Shown here piece by piece: positions 47,880 through 61,696 of a stretch of DNA of 64,000 bases. A program made the translations under genes and the position numbers. The DNA lies in NCBI GenBank assembly GCA_040285855.1, contig JAUFOQ010000005.1:372001-436000 (forward strand), given 5' to 3'. The DNA comes from Eukaryota sp. GEM-RC1. Taxonomy: Eukaryota. How positions within the stretch are numbered: the first letter of the stretch is position 1; the number at the start of each line of letters is the position of its first letter. Below the pieces are notes generated by a model. The model worked only from the letters and a program-made list of their open reading frames with translations. It searched no databases and was not told where the DNA came from.

Positions 47880-50800
47880 CTGGAAATTTCTTCCAACAAT
47901 ATTAGATCGTCAATCATATATAAATGCTGTAATATTTGAAATATTCCTCTTAAGAATCAGAGATAACGAAAAGAATCAAGAACAAAGTGATTGAGTTGAT
48001 GACGTCATCAACCAGGAATCCAAAGTAAAGTAACAATCCTGAAACTCAAAATGTGACCAGGTTATCCAAGAGAAATAGACATGGATGGAGATGGATCGAG
48101 AAGTAAACTCAAGTATAGATGTTTAATCAAGAAAAAGTTAGAGAACAGATTCAACTAGAGTGTGATAACGTCAAACACGTTTCCTAACACCGTGTTAACA
48201 CGTGTCAAGGGTTACTTCTGGTAACGTGTCACGTACACACCACTCAATTGACGAAGAAGAATTGATCTGAAAATGAGATAATCGATCCCCCATTGTGAAC
48301 TAATAGAGAAGTGAAGAAGAGAGTAGACAAGAGCAACATTGCAGAGCAAAGGACATAAATGTGAAGTTCCAGAGAAGAGAGAAGTTCATGTCATCTCATC
48401 AATGTTGAACATGTAACCTTCTCCTGAACGATATGGGACGTTCTTAGTGACGCGCCACGATTCTACTGCTCAATCCGATTCAATTGGAGGTACAACTCTT
48501 TCTTTCCTTGATCTATCTCTCATCAAAGTCCTTTCGATGTTCGATCTTCACGTCTTCGTGACCAATCGAACTCCTACAGAGATTCTATAGCACTGTTAGC
48601 ACTGTTTGTTTTGAATCCAAACGCTACCTAAGAACGTGTTTACTTGTCTGAAGTCTCTCTCAATTCCTTTAACTAAAACTGATGAATCTCCTCTAAACTC
48701 TGTCGCTTCTCCTCGTCCTTCACACTCCTTCAATTCCTTCCTTCTTTCTCCCTCTCAAAGTAATGTCTTGCCAGTTCTCTCGTCTCCTGATGTCAAACAC
48801 TAGTACTCACCACTGATTTTGGCCATCATTTCAATCTCAAGAAAACTCTGATTTGAATGTCTAACATGAGTTACTATCTATTAAGGTACCCTATTTATCA
48901 CTAATGACAGTGTTACTTACTTTCCAGCATTCACACTACCTAATCTTCAGTCTATTGAATTCACTGATTGTTGTACTTTCTTGGTATAATTTTCAATGAG
49001 AAAACTAGAACACGTGTTTTTCTGATATACTTTCTTGAAAAAAGCTTTCATTAAGACCATGTTCATTGCTCTTTTTATTCTGAATGAGTCTAAAAGAACT
49101 TGATTAATGGAAATTAACAGAGCCACATTTCGTTTTTCATCAAACTAATAACATTGTTGAGTGTTAGTTTTGAGTCTACTTAAGTTAATTCTTTTGAGTT
49201 AATTGGTACTTAGCAAATTCTTCAATTATTCATTTTCAATCTTATTGGAGAGTTATTTCCTCATCTTCTTTCTTCTTTTTTGTTTTAATTACTGGTTTAA
49301 ATGGTTCTACTCAGTGGAGGAAGGAATTTTCACTACTCAGAATCCTGTTTACTGTCTTTTTCTTTTTATTTAGTTCATTTGACCTTTGAAACTAAATTAA
49401 CTCAACAGGTCAATGGACTCAAAACAACTGTTAAAACTTTACTTTCGTTACTTACTCCTGGATTTAGACCTCTCCAAGTATAATAATTACCTCTAATTAG
49501 GGGTTTGAGTAAGTTAAACAAAGACAATTGTAAAGTACTGGACAGCAGTCCAAATCTCCTTATCATAGCTTAATGTTGATGGAGAAAGAGAGTTTGGAGT
49601 AGGAAGAGACTTGATTAGGGGAATTTGACAGCTTGGCACAACTCTTGAATCAAACTGCTCAGGTGTAGCATACTTAGGACTCATAGCATTTGGTCTGGTT
49701 ACTAGAGTTGTGGCTGCAAGGTTTTTAGAGGTACCAAAATAAGCAACTCTAACGTAATCATCAACTAAGAGAATGTTGGTTGTTTCTTAAGTCTCAATGA
49801 CCACTTTTTGTCTAGAACCAACACTGGCTGGTAATACAGCAGGATGGCTGATGGGAGGATATTCCTCATTGCAATTGATAATAGCCGGAGTAACAACCAC
49901 AGACTTCATAAGTAGAAACTTTACTACTTGGTAAGGTTCTTTAGAGTGTCCAAGAGTTGTAGAGACGTCAAGAAGTGTAAACGTCACCATTTGTTAACTC
50001 AACACACTATAATTCCTTCTTTCAATGGAAGCTACGGAACTTGGAAAGGAGAACCATCATGATGGAGTTTTTCAGACATTGCTAAACACTGTTTTAATAG
50101 AAGAAGTGAGATCGATGAAGTGACCAAAGAAGGAAGAGATGAAAGTAGAGAAAGACTCAGATGATATGGGTAAATGAGAGAAGTCCAACCAATCAGTAGT
50201 CAATTTGATTTTATTTAAATTTGGAATTAAAGTGGTTCACAAACAAAGCCTTGGTGATCATTATGGTTACTTCCAGCAGTGTAAACGTCACCATTTGTTA
50301 ACAGAACTAGAGAATGACTATGACCAGCAGAAGCTTGTTTAATAGGATAAGGAAGATTGAAGATTAGGGATGTTTAGGTCATTTTGATTTAATTTCACCG
50401 TGTTTGTTTGGAAAAACACCTTTACTGTTATGCTACCAAATTCAAGTGGTCAATGAGTTTGTTCACTTGGAAGTAGTGGACGAGATAGAAGAATTCATAA
50501 GCATTGCTCTCATCGAGGGTGAAAGATTGTCCGAAGACGGATTTGAACAACTATTCAACAAAAAACTATGAAGTTTTTTAAATTTAATATTTTCCAAGGA
50601 TTCGATTGACATTGGTGAAGTAACATCGCCAAGAACAAGTTTCAATAAAGTCATCTAGATCAATTGAATCACGTTTCCAATCAAAGATCCTAGTAACAAT
50701 GAGTTTGTGGGAAAATAGAGTCAGCATCCACAACAAGAGATGTAAAGGAAGATGAAGAAGAGAGATCGGAGCGTAACGTACCTCCATTAAGGAGAAGAGT

Positions 50801-52480
50801 ATCAGTTATAGTGAGAGTTGAGTGATCTTTGAAGAGGAGAACTACATTGGTGGACAGAGTTAGAGAAGATGTAGTGACGTGATCATCAATAGTGACGGTA
50901 ATCGTAGACGGAGGAAGGTGACAAATCTGAATGCCACGTGGCATACAGGATTACCAGTCAATTCCTTCAGACCATAGTCCGTCAGTTGAATCACTACACT
51001 GTTAGATCAAACCAAGTACGTAGTAGAAGGAGTCCGATGATCATGCTGAACTGCATAGAGCTAAGTGTTTCAACAAAATACATCCTCATGTAATCTTTTT
51101 TTAAAGTTACAAATAAAGATTTATTTTATTTAAACATTTTCAATCAATGTAATCAATTTTCAGAAATATATTAAATGCACGTATTTTGCCCTTTTGAATA
51201 TCTCCATTTAGGATATCTTGATTTAGAGATTGTTTCCAACAATTCATTTCGTCTTCCAAAACTGTCACATGATTCAACCCGTTTGAGGCTTGGAGATGTC
51301 GAAGAAAAGATACGTTGGTTTGAGAAAGTTATTTTAAAACATGTTGGAAGTATTGGGTTTATTTTCTATCCTAATCAGAAGTAAACACGTCGTTCACGTC
51401 ATCACACAGTGAGTTTTTACTTGATACCTATGAAATCATCCTACCAGTCAACTAATGGTAGACGTGAACGGAAAGGAGAAAAAGAATTGTTAGATGCTTA
51501 ACATTGTAAGTTTTTTACGACACAGTGTCGGTCTCTTAGTGGTAAACTTCTAGTAAGTCAACTTTTACAGCACAAATAGCCTTCTTCAATCCTTATTTTC
51601 ATATCTAATCCACCCAAATTCATGTCCGTTAATCATCAACTTTGAGCGCTTTTTTTTGCTTGTGTGTAACATTGTCTATCCTATGCTAACTGTAAAGGTC
51701 AATTAATAGTATCATCGCACTTTTCAAAATTTTGTCCTGTTTCAGTGCCAAGGAAGAATTGAACTCAATTACATGTATATGGAAAACCAATCAAACTTCT
51801 ACAAAGATTTAGATTCATGATCAGAAACTTGGTCTGAACTGCAATATCAAGATAACCTTCCCCTAACGAAGACAATCTTTCTCAGTGACTCGCAGCTCAC
51901 CACATACCTCGTTGATTACTGACTGGTGATTTACGGATAGATGTCGAACCTAATAACTTAGAATTGGCTTGTTCATACGAAGACCACCGATGATCCTTTT
52001 TCTCTATTCTTTAGGGCCCCAAAATTCTGTCACAATACTCTTTTCTTGTGTTTCTCGTCTTCCCTTCACTCACGATCTCACCGAAGATTCAAAACAATCA
52101 AAAGAGGACTTACATTATCAGCGAAGCTTGTTGATTTTGATTCGTCTACACTCCTTGAAACGTCTCTTCAAAACTTCTTCTACAGTCTATTATGACGAGT
52201 CTGGTCGCAATATTTCTAGTTTGACCCAACAACTGCCTGACTACTTTACTGATTTAGGTGGCAGTTCTATCGGTGCCAAATGGGCTAGACCATTGACGGA
52301 GGCATTTGTCAACAATACAGTTTAATGGTAAATGGCATATATTTCATCATTAACACTTTATCCGGTACCCAATAGTAACTTTACCACAAAAATATTCAAT
52401 TTTAACAATCGAAAGATACTAAGAAGTTATATTTTTATAATATGCATTAGATTGTTATTTTCTTTTGTTAGTTCAGAAAC
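47880..52480. repeat. Segmental duplication block A, copy 2
   Basis: Collinear with 7476..12010, including the kinase relic (~49640-49790, -) and the deleted LRR relic (~52050-52325, +). Confidence 0.85.
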
Positions 52481-53779
52481 GATTCTTTGTTGCGTTTAGC
52501 TGGAGTTGGATGTATTGAAATCGATTAGGATTCATTGAAGGTTGCTTAAGACATCGCGATGTTTTCTCCCTAATAACTCTTTGGATTGAGAAAAATGGGA
52601 AACGGATGTTGTGTTGTCAATTGCCAGCAGCTGACAGATAGAGGATACCAAATATGCTACAAACGTTGAACACGGGCGGGCATGTATTCTTTACTTTTTA
52701 GCGTTTAGAATATGGGTAAGAAGTGGGATTGAATCCAAGTTCCGAAAATTGAAGACATGTGGATGTGAAACGCTTTTAAAAACCGCGGATACGTAAAAAG
52801 TACAATTAATCGTGTCCATCATGAGTAACATCAGTTTGTAAATTGACAAGAGGTTGGTTGTTGCAAGTCTAGTACAGTACCTTCTTGTCGCGAACAATTC
52901 GTTATCATGGTGATTATCAATTCTAGTGATAATCACGATATATTTATTTATTGTGATGTGAGTTACCAACATTAATATTATTGCAATATATTTAAATATA
53001 GTGGATTGCTGTATTGTCTGTTGTTACAGTAATTCATTGTGCTATTTTGCAGCAACACTGGATAGTGATCGATTAGAAGTTGCTTACGATACAATTCTAT
53101 CAGAGTTCTTCTTAACGCACGGAAATTGTTGCCCATTTTTTTTACAGATCTACACTTAACACGATTTGTGCTATCTTACATGAAGGATACTCAATCTATT
53201 TTGTTGCTATGCAATCAAGCAAAAATTCATTTTTGAATTTGTTAATCGTTTTCCCAATTACATTTTACTGACTAGGTTCAATTCTTGTAAATATTGAATT
53301 GACGTGAACAAAGCGTTTTTAATAAAAAATGGCCAAATAAAAGAAATGTTATTTTTGATATTTTCAATATTTGTATATAATGGATAAAAGAAATTATCTT
53401 TCTTTTCTATGATCAAATTACCTTTTGACGTTTGGTCTCAGTTTTTCCCAGGATCTTTGTCTGTAATACGTGAGAGATGTTAGACTAATCTTGAGTTTTT
53501 TCTGGAAAAATTGCAACATAGACCAACAAAATTTTTGTGAAAGCTTGAACGTTATAACGTTCGAATTGGCGTGGTTAAGGGAAAAAGTCCCACTTTTGCA
53601 AATTTCTTAATGGCTTAGTGTCTGATTATTCCCTTGCTTCAGAACTTGATTACTGATTCGATGTGTGTGTACTGTAGTAGTGTTAGTGTCAATAACGCTA
53701 GTGCTTGAAAAACAATAACAATTACAATAATAATATATAAGAGTTTATTTGCAACAATAAATTGATACGTATTAATTCA

Positions 53780-53990
53780 GAAAATGAAAAAAGATATATT
53801 CTCCACATCAACACGAGAATTGTCCCTATACAACTTCGAATAGATGAAACTTAAATATTTGGGAATGCTTCTATAAAGAGCGAACATAATTCGATTAATC
53901 CATACAGCACTATTAAACATTCTGCCATTAGAACGACATAAAAGAATAACATCACTGAAAAACTGTAATCCAAAATATAAAATATATGCA
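53780..53990 (-). mobile_element. CRE-like non-LTR 3' fragment
   Basis: FNSAVWINRIMFALYRSIPKYLSFIYSKLYRDNSRVDVEN, paralogous to 35740..36000. Confidence 0.55.
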
Positions 53991-54562
53991 TTTTTATCAA
54001 ATACAATATACAGTTTACCCTCTGAGATGACGGGACGAGAAAAGTACGGATGCCTTATCTGCAAGAAGAAGGGACATACAATGAAGACATATACCAACAA
54101 GTAATGGATGACACAATGTAGATAGATGAGATAACGGTGATAAAGTAAAAATAAGACTTGTTCATATTGATACAGTATCAATATTTTAGTGATCTAATGA
54201 GTGGATTCGAAATATCAAATTCCATTTGAGTGGTTATGAAATATCGATTTGGTAGGTCAGTGTTTTTGTATTTTACCCTTCATTTAAATAAAGTGTTTTC
54301 CACCCCATGCCCTTTTTCTAACTACAGCAATAAAGTCACTTGATATGGGTTTACCAAATAATATTCCTCAAGTATAAGTATCGTAGATGTATCATCCTAC
54401 CCCTGTTATATCAATATTATTGTTGGAATGTTATCACGCCATGACCACAAGGCCATACCCCGAAAACACCCTACCATGGCAGCATGGCAAGCCTGGCAGA
54501 TATGGCGGTCATGGAATAACAGTGATGACGTGTACCAATGGTACCCCAGGTACCATAATTTT

Positions 54563-54818
54563 GGGTACCATCGTGCTATGTTCGGAGTCACCTCAAAACG
54601 TGTTGAATGGGGTTTTCAAGAAGACCAACACGTGATCATTGAAGATCAGTTTCAATTTATCAACTTGGTTCAGCTGTAACATGAGTGAAAAAAGATATGT
54701 GTTTCAGTTTGCTGATCTTACAGTGAGATATTCTGTTCTCCTATTCAAAATTTATTCAACACGTGTCGGCTCCAACACGCAACACCGTGTTGAACCGAAC
54801 ATAGCCATCGTGGTACCC
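54563..54818. mobile_element. Possible MITE
   Basis: Inverted ends GGGTACCATCGTGCTATGTTCGG / CCGAACATAGCCATCGTGGTACCC. TSD unclear. Confidence 0.45.
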
Positions 54819-55299
54819 TCTTTTCAAAATTCAATGTGGGTGGCATTTTTTTTCAAGCTACTGTATAAAAGATGTATATACAATCTCAACACTACTAATA
54901 CACATCACAGTATAGAATTAGCATTTTTTTACAATAAAAACTATGATACAGAACAACTAGACAATATTGTTCACATCATCACCAAACTCGTCTAATGGAT
55001 CCAGCAGAAAAGGTACACGAACAACAAATGGATCATCACAGTCTTCTTCTTCGTTCAAATCCTCCGTGTTGGCCTTTAATTCTCAGTTTGTTTGATCAGT
55101 TTGATCAGCATCATCAGGTTTAAGAATCTTTAAAATCACTATGTTCCATTGCCAGCTCATAATCTGCTTCTTCTACTCCAGTTCACACAAAATCTTGTGT
55201 TTGAAATTGCAATAAAAGGCATCCATTTTGTCCTTGGCGGTGGTGGCCATTAACGCGACCAGCGGCCTGATCTTTCCTCTACCGAACTTGCCTCTTATT

Positions 55300-58130
55300 T
55301 GCAGGTCCCTCCCATTCTGTAAGGTAGGGTAACGATACCAAATTGATACTGTTATACATTATCTCTCCCGTCTGCTAAAATCTTCTCTTGAATGGAAACG
55401 CGATGAGCGTCGCCGTGCTCTGCTTAGTTTGAGGACCGATTTGCTTTATTTCTTTAAAAACGTTGGTTTTGTAAGCAATCACTTCCGTGAATCTGCTTAT
55501 CTGGCCATGAATGTGTTTATCAAATCAAACACGTTTCATGTCTGTCCTCAAAACCTTCATCAACTCTGTGTATTTGCTTCTTTCTTTGGAGCATGTATGC
55601 CGTCTGTTTTCGTACATGTACATGGGATTTTTAATGTTGAAAAGTTTCTTGGTTACAATCATATAATTTCAGGATTGGAATTGGAATTAAGGCATCACAA
55701 TGACTTGAAGTTTCTCAATGATTCTTCCTGTTTTCCACGACTTAAGCAACTTCATGTTACCGTTGATGATTCTATCTCCAAGTTGTTTATTGAAAAACAT
55801 ATGTTGGTATTAAGTACTAAACTTATATGTGTTGATTTGGGGAACAATTCTATTGGAGCTGAAGGTGCCAGAGCTTCGGCAGATGTATTGAAAATTAATA
55901 CTACTTTGACAGATATCAATTTGACAGCCAACTTTATTGGAGCTGAAGGTGCTAGAGCTTCGGCAGATGTATTGAAAATTAATACTACTTTGACAGATAT
56001 CAATTTGACAGCCAACTTTATTGGAGCTGAAGGTGCTAGAGCTTTGGCAGATGTATTGAAAGTTAATACTACTTTGACAGATATCAATTTGACGGCCAAC
56101 CTTATTGGAGCTGAAGGTGCTAGAGCTTTGGCAAATGCATTGAAAGTTAATACTACTTTGACGGATCTCAATTTGACGGACAATTCTATTGGAGCTGAAG
56201 GTGCCAGAGTTTTGGCAGATGCATTGAAAGTTAATACTACTTTGACAGATATTAATTTGACGTGCAATTCTATTGGAGCTGAAGGTGCCAGAGTTTTGGC
56301 GGATGCATTGAAAGTTAATACTACTTTGACGGATCTCAATGTGATGGACAATTCTATTGGAGCTGAAGCAGGGACTGTCAAAATATATTGCAATATATTG
56401 CACGACCAAAATGATTTGCAATACAGTATTGCAATACTGCAATATATTGCAATAATTGGTAGCAATATAAATATTGTTGACGCGAGTATTTATTGTCTAA
56501 ATTCCACTGATAAACCATAAGAACATCATTAAGTGATATCTAATTTGAGCAGTTTCTGATTCACCGTCTTGTGAACCAATCTAATGTCCTAATACTCTCT
56601 AGTTACAGAGAGAAATAGTTGATTGGCAAAATTCCGTTTAGATAAGCAGTGTTTTGACAACACTTGCGCCATTCGAGCTCCACTGAAAAGTCGTTTTGCA
56701 ACATTTATATGTTTCTGGAAAGAAATTTAATTCAATTTTTTTATTCGAGTTAAGACATCTTTAAACAGAGGAAACAGGTCCAGGACGTTCAGCAATTTCT
56801 TCAACTTCATCATCATCACTACTCACGTCATTTACTATCACAGAATTACATTGATGGAGTTGAGTTCCGGGAGATAGTTGAATAGTAGGCTTTTGCCTTC
56901 TGTTTTCGAACGGGACTAGAATGATGCGTCATGTAAGATGATGTGAAGAATGACATTAGGTTTACATTTGTTAGTCAGATCTGACAGATACTACTTACTT
57001 GTAGTATGGACTTTCAATTGTACACAGAATAATCACTGGTGTATTATGTTGCTAAAGAAGTCTCAAGTAACAGAAAAACATTGGTCAAAAAATATTGTTC
57101 AAAATTGAAATTATTGCAATATATTGCAATACAAAATGAGGCTGCAATACAGTATTGCAATACACAATACACAATATTGCAATTATTGCAAAAGTGCAAT
57201 ATATTTTTGACAGTCCCTGAGCTGAAGGTGTCAGAGCTTTGCCAGATTCATTGAAAGTTAATACTATTTTGACGGATCTCAATTTGACGGACAATTCCAT
57301 TGGAGCTGAAGGTGCCAGAGCCTTGGCAGATGCATTGAAACTTAATACTACTTTGACGGATCTCAATTTGACGGACAATTCCATTGGAGCTGAAGGTGCC
57401 AGAGCCTTGGCAGATGCATTGAAAGTTAATACTACTTTGACGGATCTCAATTTGACGGACAACTCCATTGGAGCTGAAGATGCCAGAGCTTTGGCAGATG
57501 CATTGAAAGTTAATACTACTTTGACGGATCTCAATTCGACGGACAACTCCATTGGAGCTGAAGGTGGGGGATTATTGGCAGACGCTTTAAATGTGAATGA
57601 TGTAATTACAAATATTGATCTTATGAAAAACTCTATTGGAGATGAAGCTATCAGACCTTTTGAACATGCTTTGAAAGTGAATAATACACTGACGGCTCTT
57701 AATCTCAGTTACAACTGTGTTGGAAATGAAGGTGTCAGAGGTTTGGCGAAGACATTAAAAGTAAATATGTCACTCACATATTTTCGTCTTGAAAAGAACT
57801 CCATTGGAGCTGAAGGTGCCAAATCATTGGCAGAAGCGTTAAAACTTAACACCACACTTTCGTCTATTGTTCTGTGGGGAAATTCGGTTGGAAATATAGG
57901 TGCCATATCATTGGCAGATGCATTAAAAGTAAATTATAATTTATTATAAATAAAAGTAAAAATTAATTATTTGGACGGAAATTCCTTTGAAGAGGAAGGT
58001 TTTGCAGCGTTAGCAGAGGTGTTAAATGTTAACAATGTTGTTCACTTACGGGCCATGCCTCAATTTTTTTCGAATCAATGCAAAGTAGAAAAAATTTGTC
58101 TTTGGATAGGAATTTCCAAAATTTGATTAA
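55300..58130 (+). pseudogene. NLRC3/RI-like LRR gene interrupted by a MITE
   Basis: Family N-domain, ~11 near-identical 84-bp LRR units (55840-57570), and a MITE at 56369..57219. Confidence 0.85.
56369..57219. mobile_element. hAT-type MITE (851 bp)
   Basis: TIRs CAGGGACTGTCAAAATATATTGCA / TGCAATATATTTTTGACAGTCCCTG, perfect TSD AGCTGAAG, and ATTGCAAT subterminal repeats. Confidence 0.95.
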
Positions 58131-58147
58131 TTAAACCCGAAAATTAT

Positions 58148-58947
58148 GAGAACGGCTATCTGTGTGACAAATGAAATTTGTATTTCTTACCCGTGTGACA
58201 AACTTAAACATCAACTTTTATCCGTGTGACAAGTCATAGTGTTTTGTCTATTAAATAGAACATCTTGTCGTGCAAATATCAGGAAGCAATTGTTCCCATC
58301 ATTGAAGGAATGCTTTGAAGCATGACACTTGGGGTTGTTCTCAGATTTGGGACTTTTTGGTTCGAAATGTATGATTCATCAAGTAGTGTAGACTTACTGT
58401 GTGTCAGATGTACCGTTGTCAGATGGGATGTAGATGTCTTCTCTGAGCACTAAGAGAGGTTTCAAAACGCCAACAAAAAGTTGAATCCGGTTGGTGTACA
58501 GCTTCTAATGTTTCGGAAGATCTTCATCCCGATAATGATAGTTCATATTAACTAAGACGTATCAGTGTCAACGTTTGGTCTACGATTCAAACTAAACAGA
58601 ATCAATGATTTTGGCTACAAGTCAGAGTATAACTACTATAAACGAAGCATCACAACACTTGCAAAGACACATGGAAAACCGTCAGAATTTATGGTCATAA
58701 TAAGAAAATGAAGTTGTGTAGAAGCTAGAAGTTTGAAGAGACTTAAGAAGACAGTGAGTCCGTTACACCTTAGATACAGATGTGTGATGTGAAGGTTTTA
58801 CTAGAAGGTAAACTGAGAAGATGACAGCAAGATAACTTCCGTCTAGGTCTAGGTGTCTGGAGTCTTGGTAAAATCCAAAATCCAATTCAAATTCTGTCAC
58901 ACGGATAAGAATTCCAAATTTCATTTGTCACACGGGTAGATCTACCC
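58148..58947. mobile_element. MULE-like non-autonomous element (800 bp)
   Basis: ~50-bp TIRs containing repeated CCGTGTGACA and a 9-bp TSD GAAAATTAT / AAAAATTAT. Confidence 0.75.
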
Positions 58948-59553
58948 AAAAATTATGGTTGGGAAAATAAAAAGCTAAATTCTGAGTAAAAGATGATGAA
59001 TACGAGGTGGGAATGAAGCCAAGTTCCGAAAGGACATAATAGAAGACATAAGGTGATGCCTCAACAGGGCAGAAAGTAGCTTTATAGGGAGAGATAATCT
59101 ATAAAATAAGAGACTACAGTTTACTTCTAGAACACAGTTCAACACTTGCTGTGCTAACAAAGGATGTGACAAGACCTTAACAAAATAACAAAAGGGTAAT
59201 ACTTAAAGTACAAGTAACAGTGGCCATTATGGGTAACTTCGGTACCTGAATTGATAAGAATTTGGTGAGAAAGGAAAAGATGGAAGAGTTAGTTTCATAA
59301 AGAGATTTCAAGGGTATAGTTTAGGAAGGATCATGAGCACGAAATATGCAGCAACAAACAAAATCATATTTTTGCACAGTACTTTTTTGCCCAAAACAAG
59401 GTTCGTTATCACCTTGATGAGATTACCAATGGTCTATACATTAACATCGTACATTTGATTAACCACCATTAAGGAGATCTCTTTTACTGTAGATCTAACT
59501 ACAGTATTCGTCAAGAATGTTCAACTTGTTGGTTATATCAGTTTCTCAGTGAT

Positions 59554-60412
59554 ATGTCATACTCGAGCCCGACTACTCACGATGAAGATCTTCTTCCAAA
59601 ATTCAACAATGTTCCCTCATTTGCAACTGTTACATGGGGTATCAAAAAGATTCTGACCTGGGTTGTCATAATCTTCATTCTGTTCTGGATCTGCGGTAAG
59701 TTCCTTGTTACTACGGATTGGACGTCTTATGAACAATCAACTCTCAAGTTCTGTGTGCCGGATAACAAACACGAGTTTATCAGAGATTGCTCAGTGTGGT
59801 CTTTGATCATCTTTGCTTTGGTCATTTTGTTTCTCATATGGAAGTTGTGTCACTTCACAAACAAAAACTCCCCCTCATAATTTAGAAACCTTCACATGGT
59901 TGTTTCTTTGCTTCGCCTTGGTGGTACTGTTCATTGGATGGTGGATATTGAAAGCTACTAGAACTTTGGTTGGTGAACAACTTACTGGTTTGGGATCTTT
60001 ACTTACTTCTCTATGGTTTGCTTACTACTCAGTGAATAGAGTTTTAATACATAAGAAGAATGGAGCTGAGAACACAATTGCCCTTTTTTCGATCTTTTGG
60101 GTTGTTATTGTCATTACTTTTGTCTTCTCGGTAGTCATGGTCAAGACATGGTTGTTGGTTTTTATTGTGGTTTTTGTGTTCATTATCATTTCTACTTCCT
60201 GTGAAACATATCTGCAAATGGAGAAGAATGGTGGACTCAAGCTATTCAGTATCATTTGTATCATCTTGTTCCTTGGTTCAGTGTGTTGGTTTCTTGGACA
60301 ATTCATTTGTATTCCCCACTCTGGTCTCCAGCTCAATCTCTTGTGGAAGATTTGCATCATTATTGTAATTTTCCTAGTGTGTAACTTGTACAAAGAAAAC
60401 CCTGTCGTCTAA
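59554..60412 (+). CDS. Multi-pass membrane protein, possibly a divergent ceramidase/CREST-like protein (one frameshift ~59860)
   Basis: Two overlapping ORFs give ~8 TM segments. KFCVPDNKHEFIRDCSVWS resembles the ceramidase FCE...IR...WS region. Confidence 0.5.
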
Positions 60413-60816
60413 TTAGTGTTTCCCAATGAATAAAATGTGTTTTTGTAACTTCAAACATTCAAAACATTCAAAACATTCAAAGATTTATAAAAAACTAAGG
60501 AACATACTACATGTAGACAGTTTATGTTGACGGCCAGACACTATCACAGATTTTGACTTAAAGAACTCAAGTGCAGTGCATTGGTTTCTTTTGAACAGTG
60601 ACGTTAACTCCAATATTGATGATAACTTAACAGATTGAAGTCACTATGAGATATCGTGGTGCTTCGTTTAACCTTCTTCTACAAATAACTATGTAAGTTA
60701 TCAAATCCCTCATAAATAACACTCTTTCTAGAGCAGTTCCAGAAGTGTTATTTAATAACAGATTTTTGAACAGTAAAAACAAACTAAAGATTTATTATTA
60801 CTAGGACATCTTAAAA

Positions 60817-61696
60817 CTACACGACATTGCCCATATCATATCCAGACATTTTGTTAGATTGAACAAGAGGTGGTTTCCACATTGTAAGGAAAAGCTGCCA
60901 ATGAAGTACTAACACAACACATGCAACGATCAACCAAAGAGTTTCTCCAATAGCAAAGTTGGATACAGTAAAGCCGAATAGCCGGACAGTAAAAACAGGG
61001 GTATAGTTATTGATTGCATTTACAGCAGCATGAAACACAATGGCCAGGAACGCACTCCCTTCAGTCTTGAGCCACATCCATGTGAGAATGACAGCAAGCG
61101 AGCAAACAGCCATGGGGTAAAACACAAGCCAATCAACAATGGAGAACTGTGCTTGGAAAGATGTGGGAATTAATGCAAGAGGAATATGCCAGCATGTCCA
61201 TGCTATTCCAAGTATTACACTTGCGAGAAGTGGATTGAAATGAGCCAGAAGCCGAATCTGAGCAAAACCACGCCAACCAGGTTCCTCCATACCCCCCTCC
61301 GATCAGAGCCATAAAGAGGAAGATGAGAGGAAAAGTCCATAATGGGAGAACTTCGTCTGTATTGATATTGTCACCAATGGTATAACAGATCAGCAGTAGG
61401 ATGGATAATACGACGAGAGGAACACCAACGCCAGCAACATACCATTTATAATGGAGTTTGTAGTGGAATGTTGATCGCCAGAATTCGCTGGTTGTTTGAG
61501 TTTTCTTACTGACAATATAAGCAGCAAGCATAGGGCCCAGAACACCGAGCAACATTATAACGGGACCTAAATCTTCAGAAGGAACATATGCTGCAGCAAT
61601 CCAGCAGATCGCCGAGAACAGATAAGCTAGCAGGAAGAAGACAGCTAGGGGTTTCCATTGCGTCATGGATTCCCATTGTGATGGTGATAGGAGCAT
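60817..61696 (-). CDS. CAAX protease / CPBP (Abi) family intramembrane metalloprotease (one frameshift in a G-run at ~61295)
   Basis: EEPGWRG, WTCWHIP and AIVFHAAVN motifs. Removing one G joins the two ORFs as IGGGMEEPGWRG. Confidence 0.88.

Noticed and set aside
55752..56465. Long antisense ORFs over LRR genes (also 29559, 32014, 57085, 63225)
   Set aside because: They are shadows of the repetitive sense-strand LRR codons.
55840..57570. Regular repeats resembling a CRISPR array
   Set aside because: The units are contiguous 84-bp coding repeats without unique spacers.
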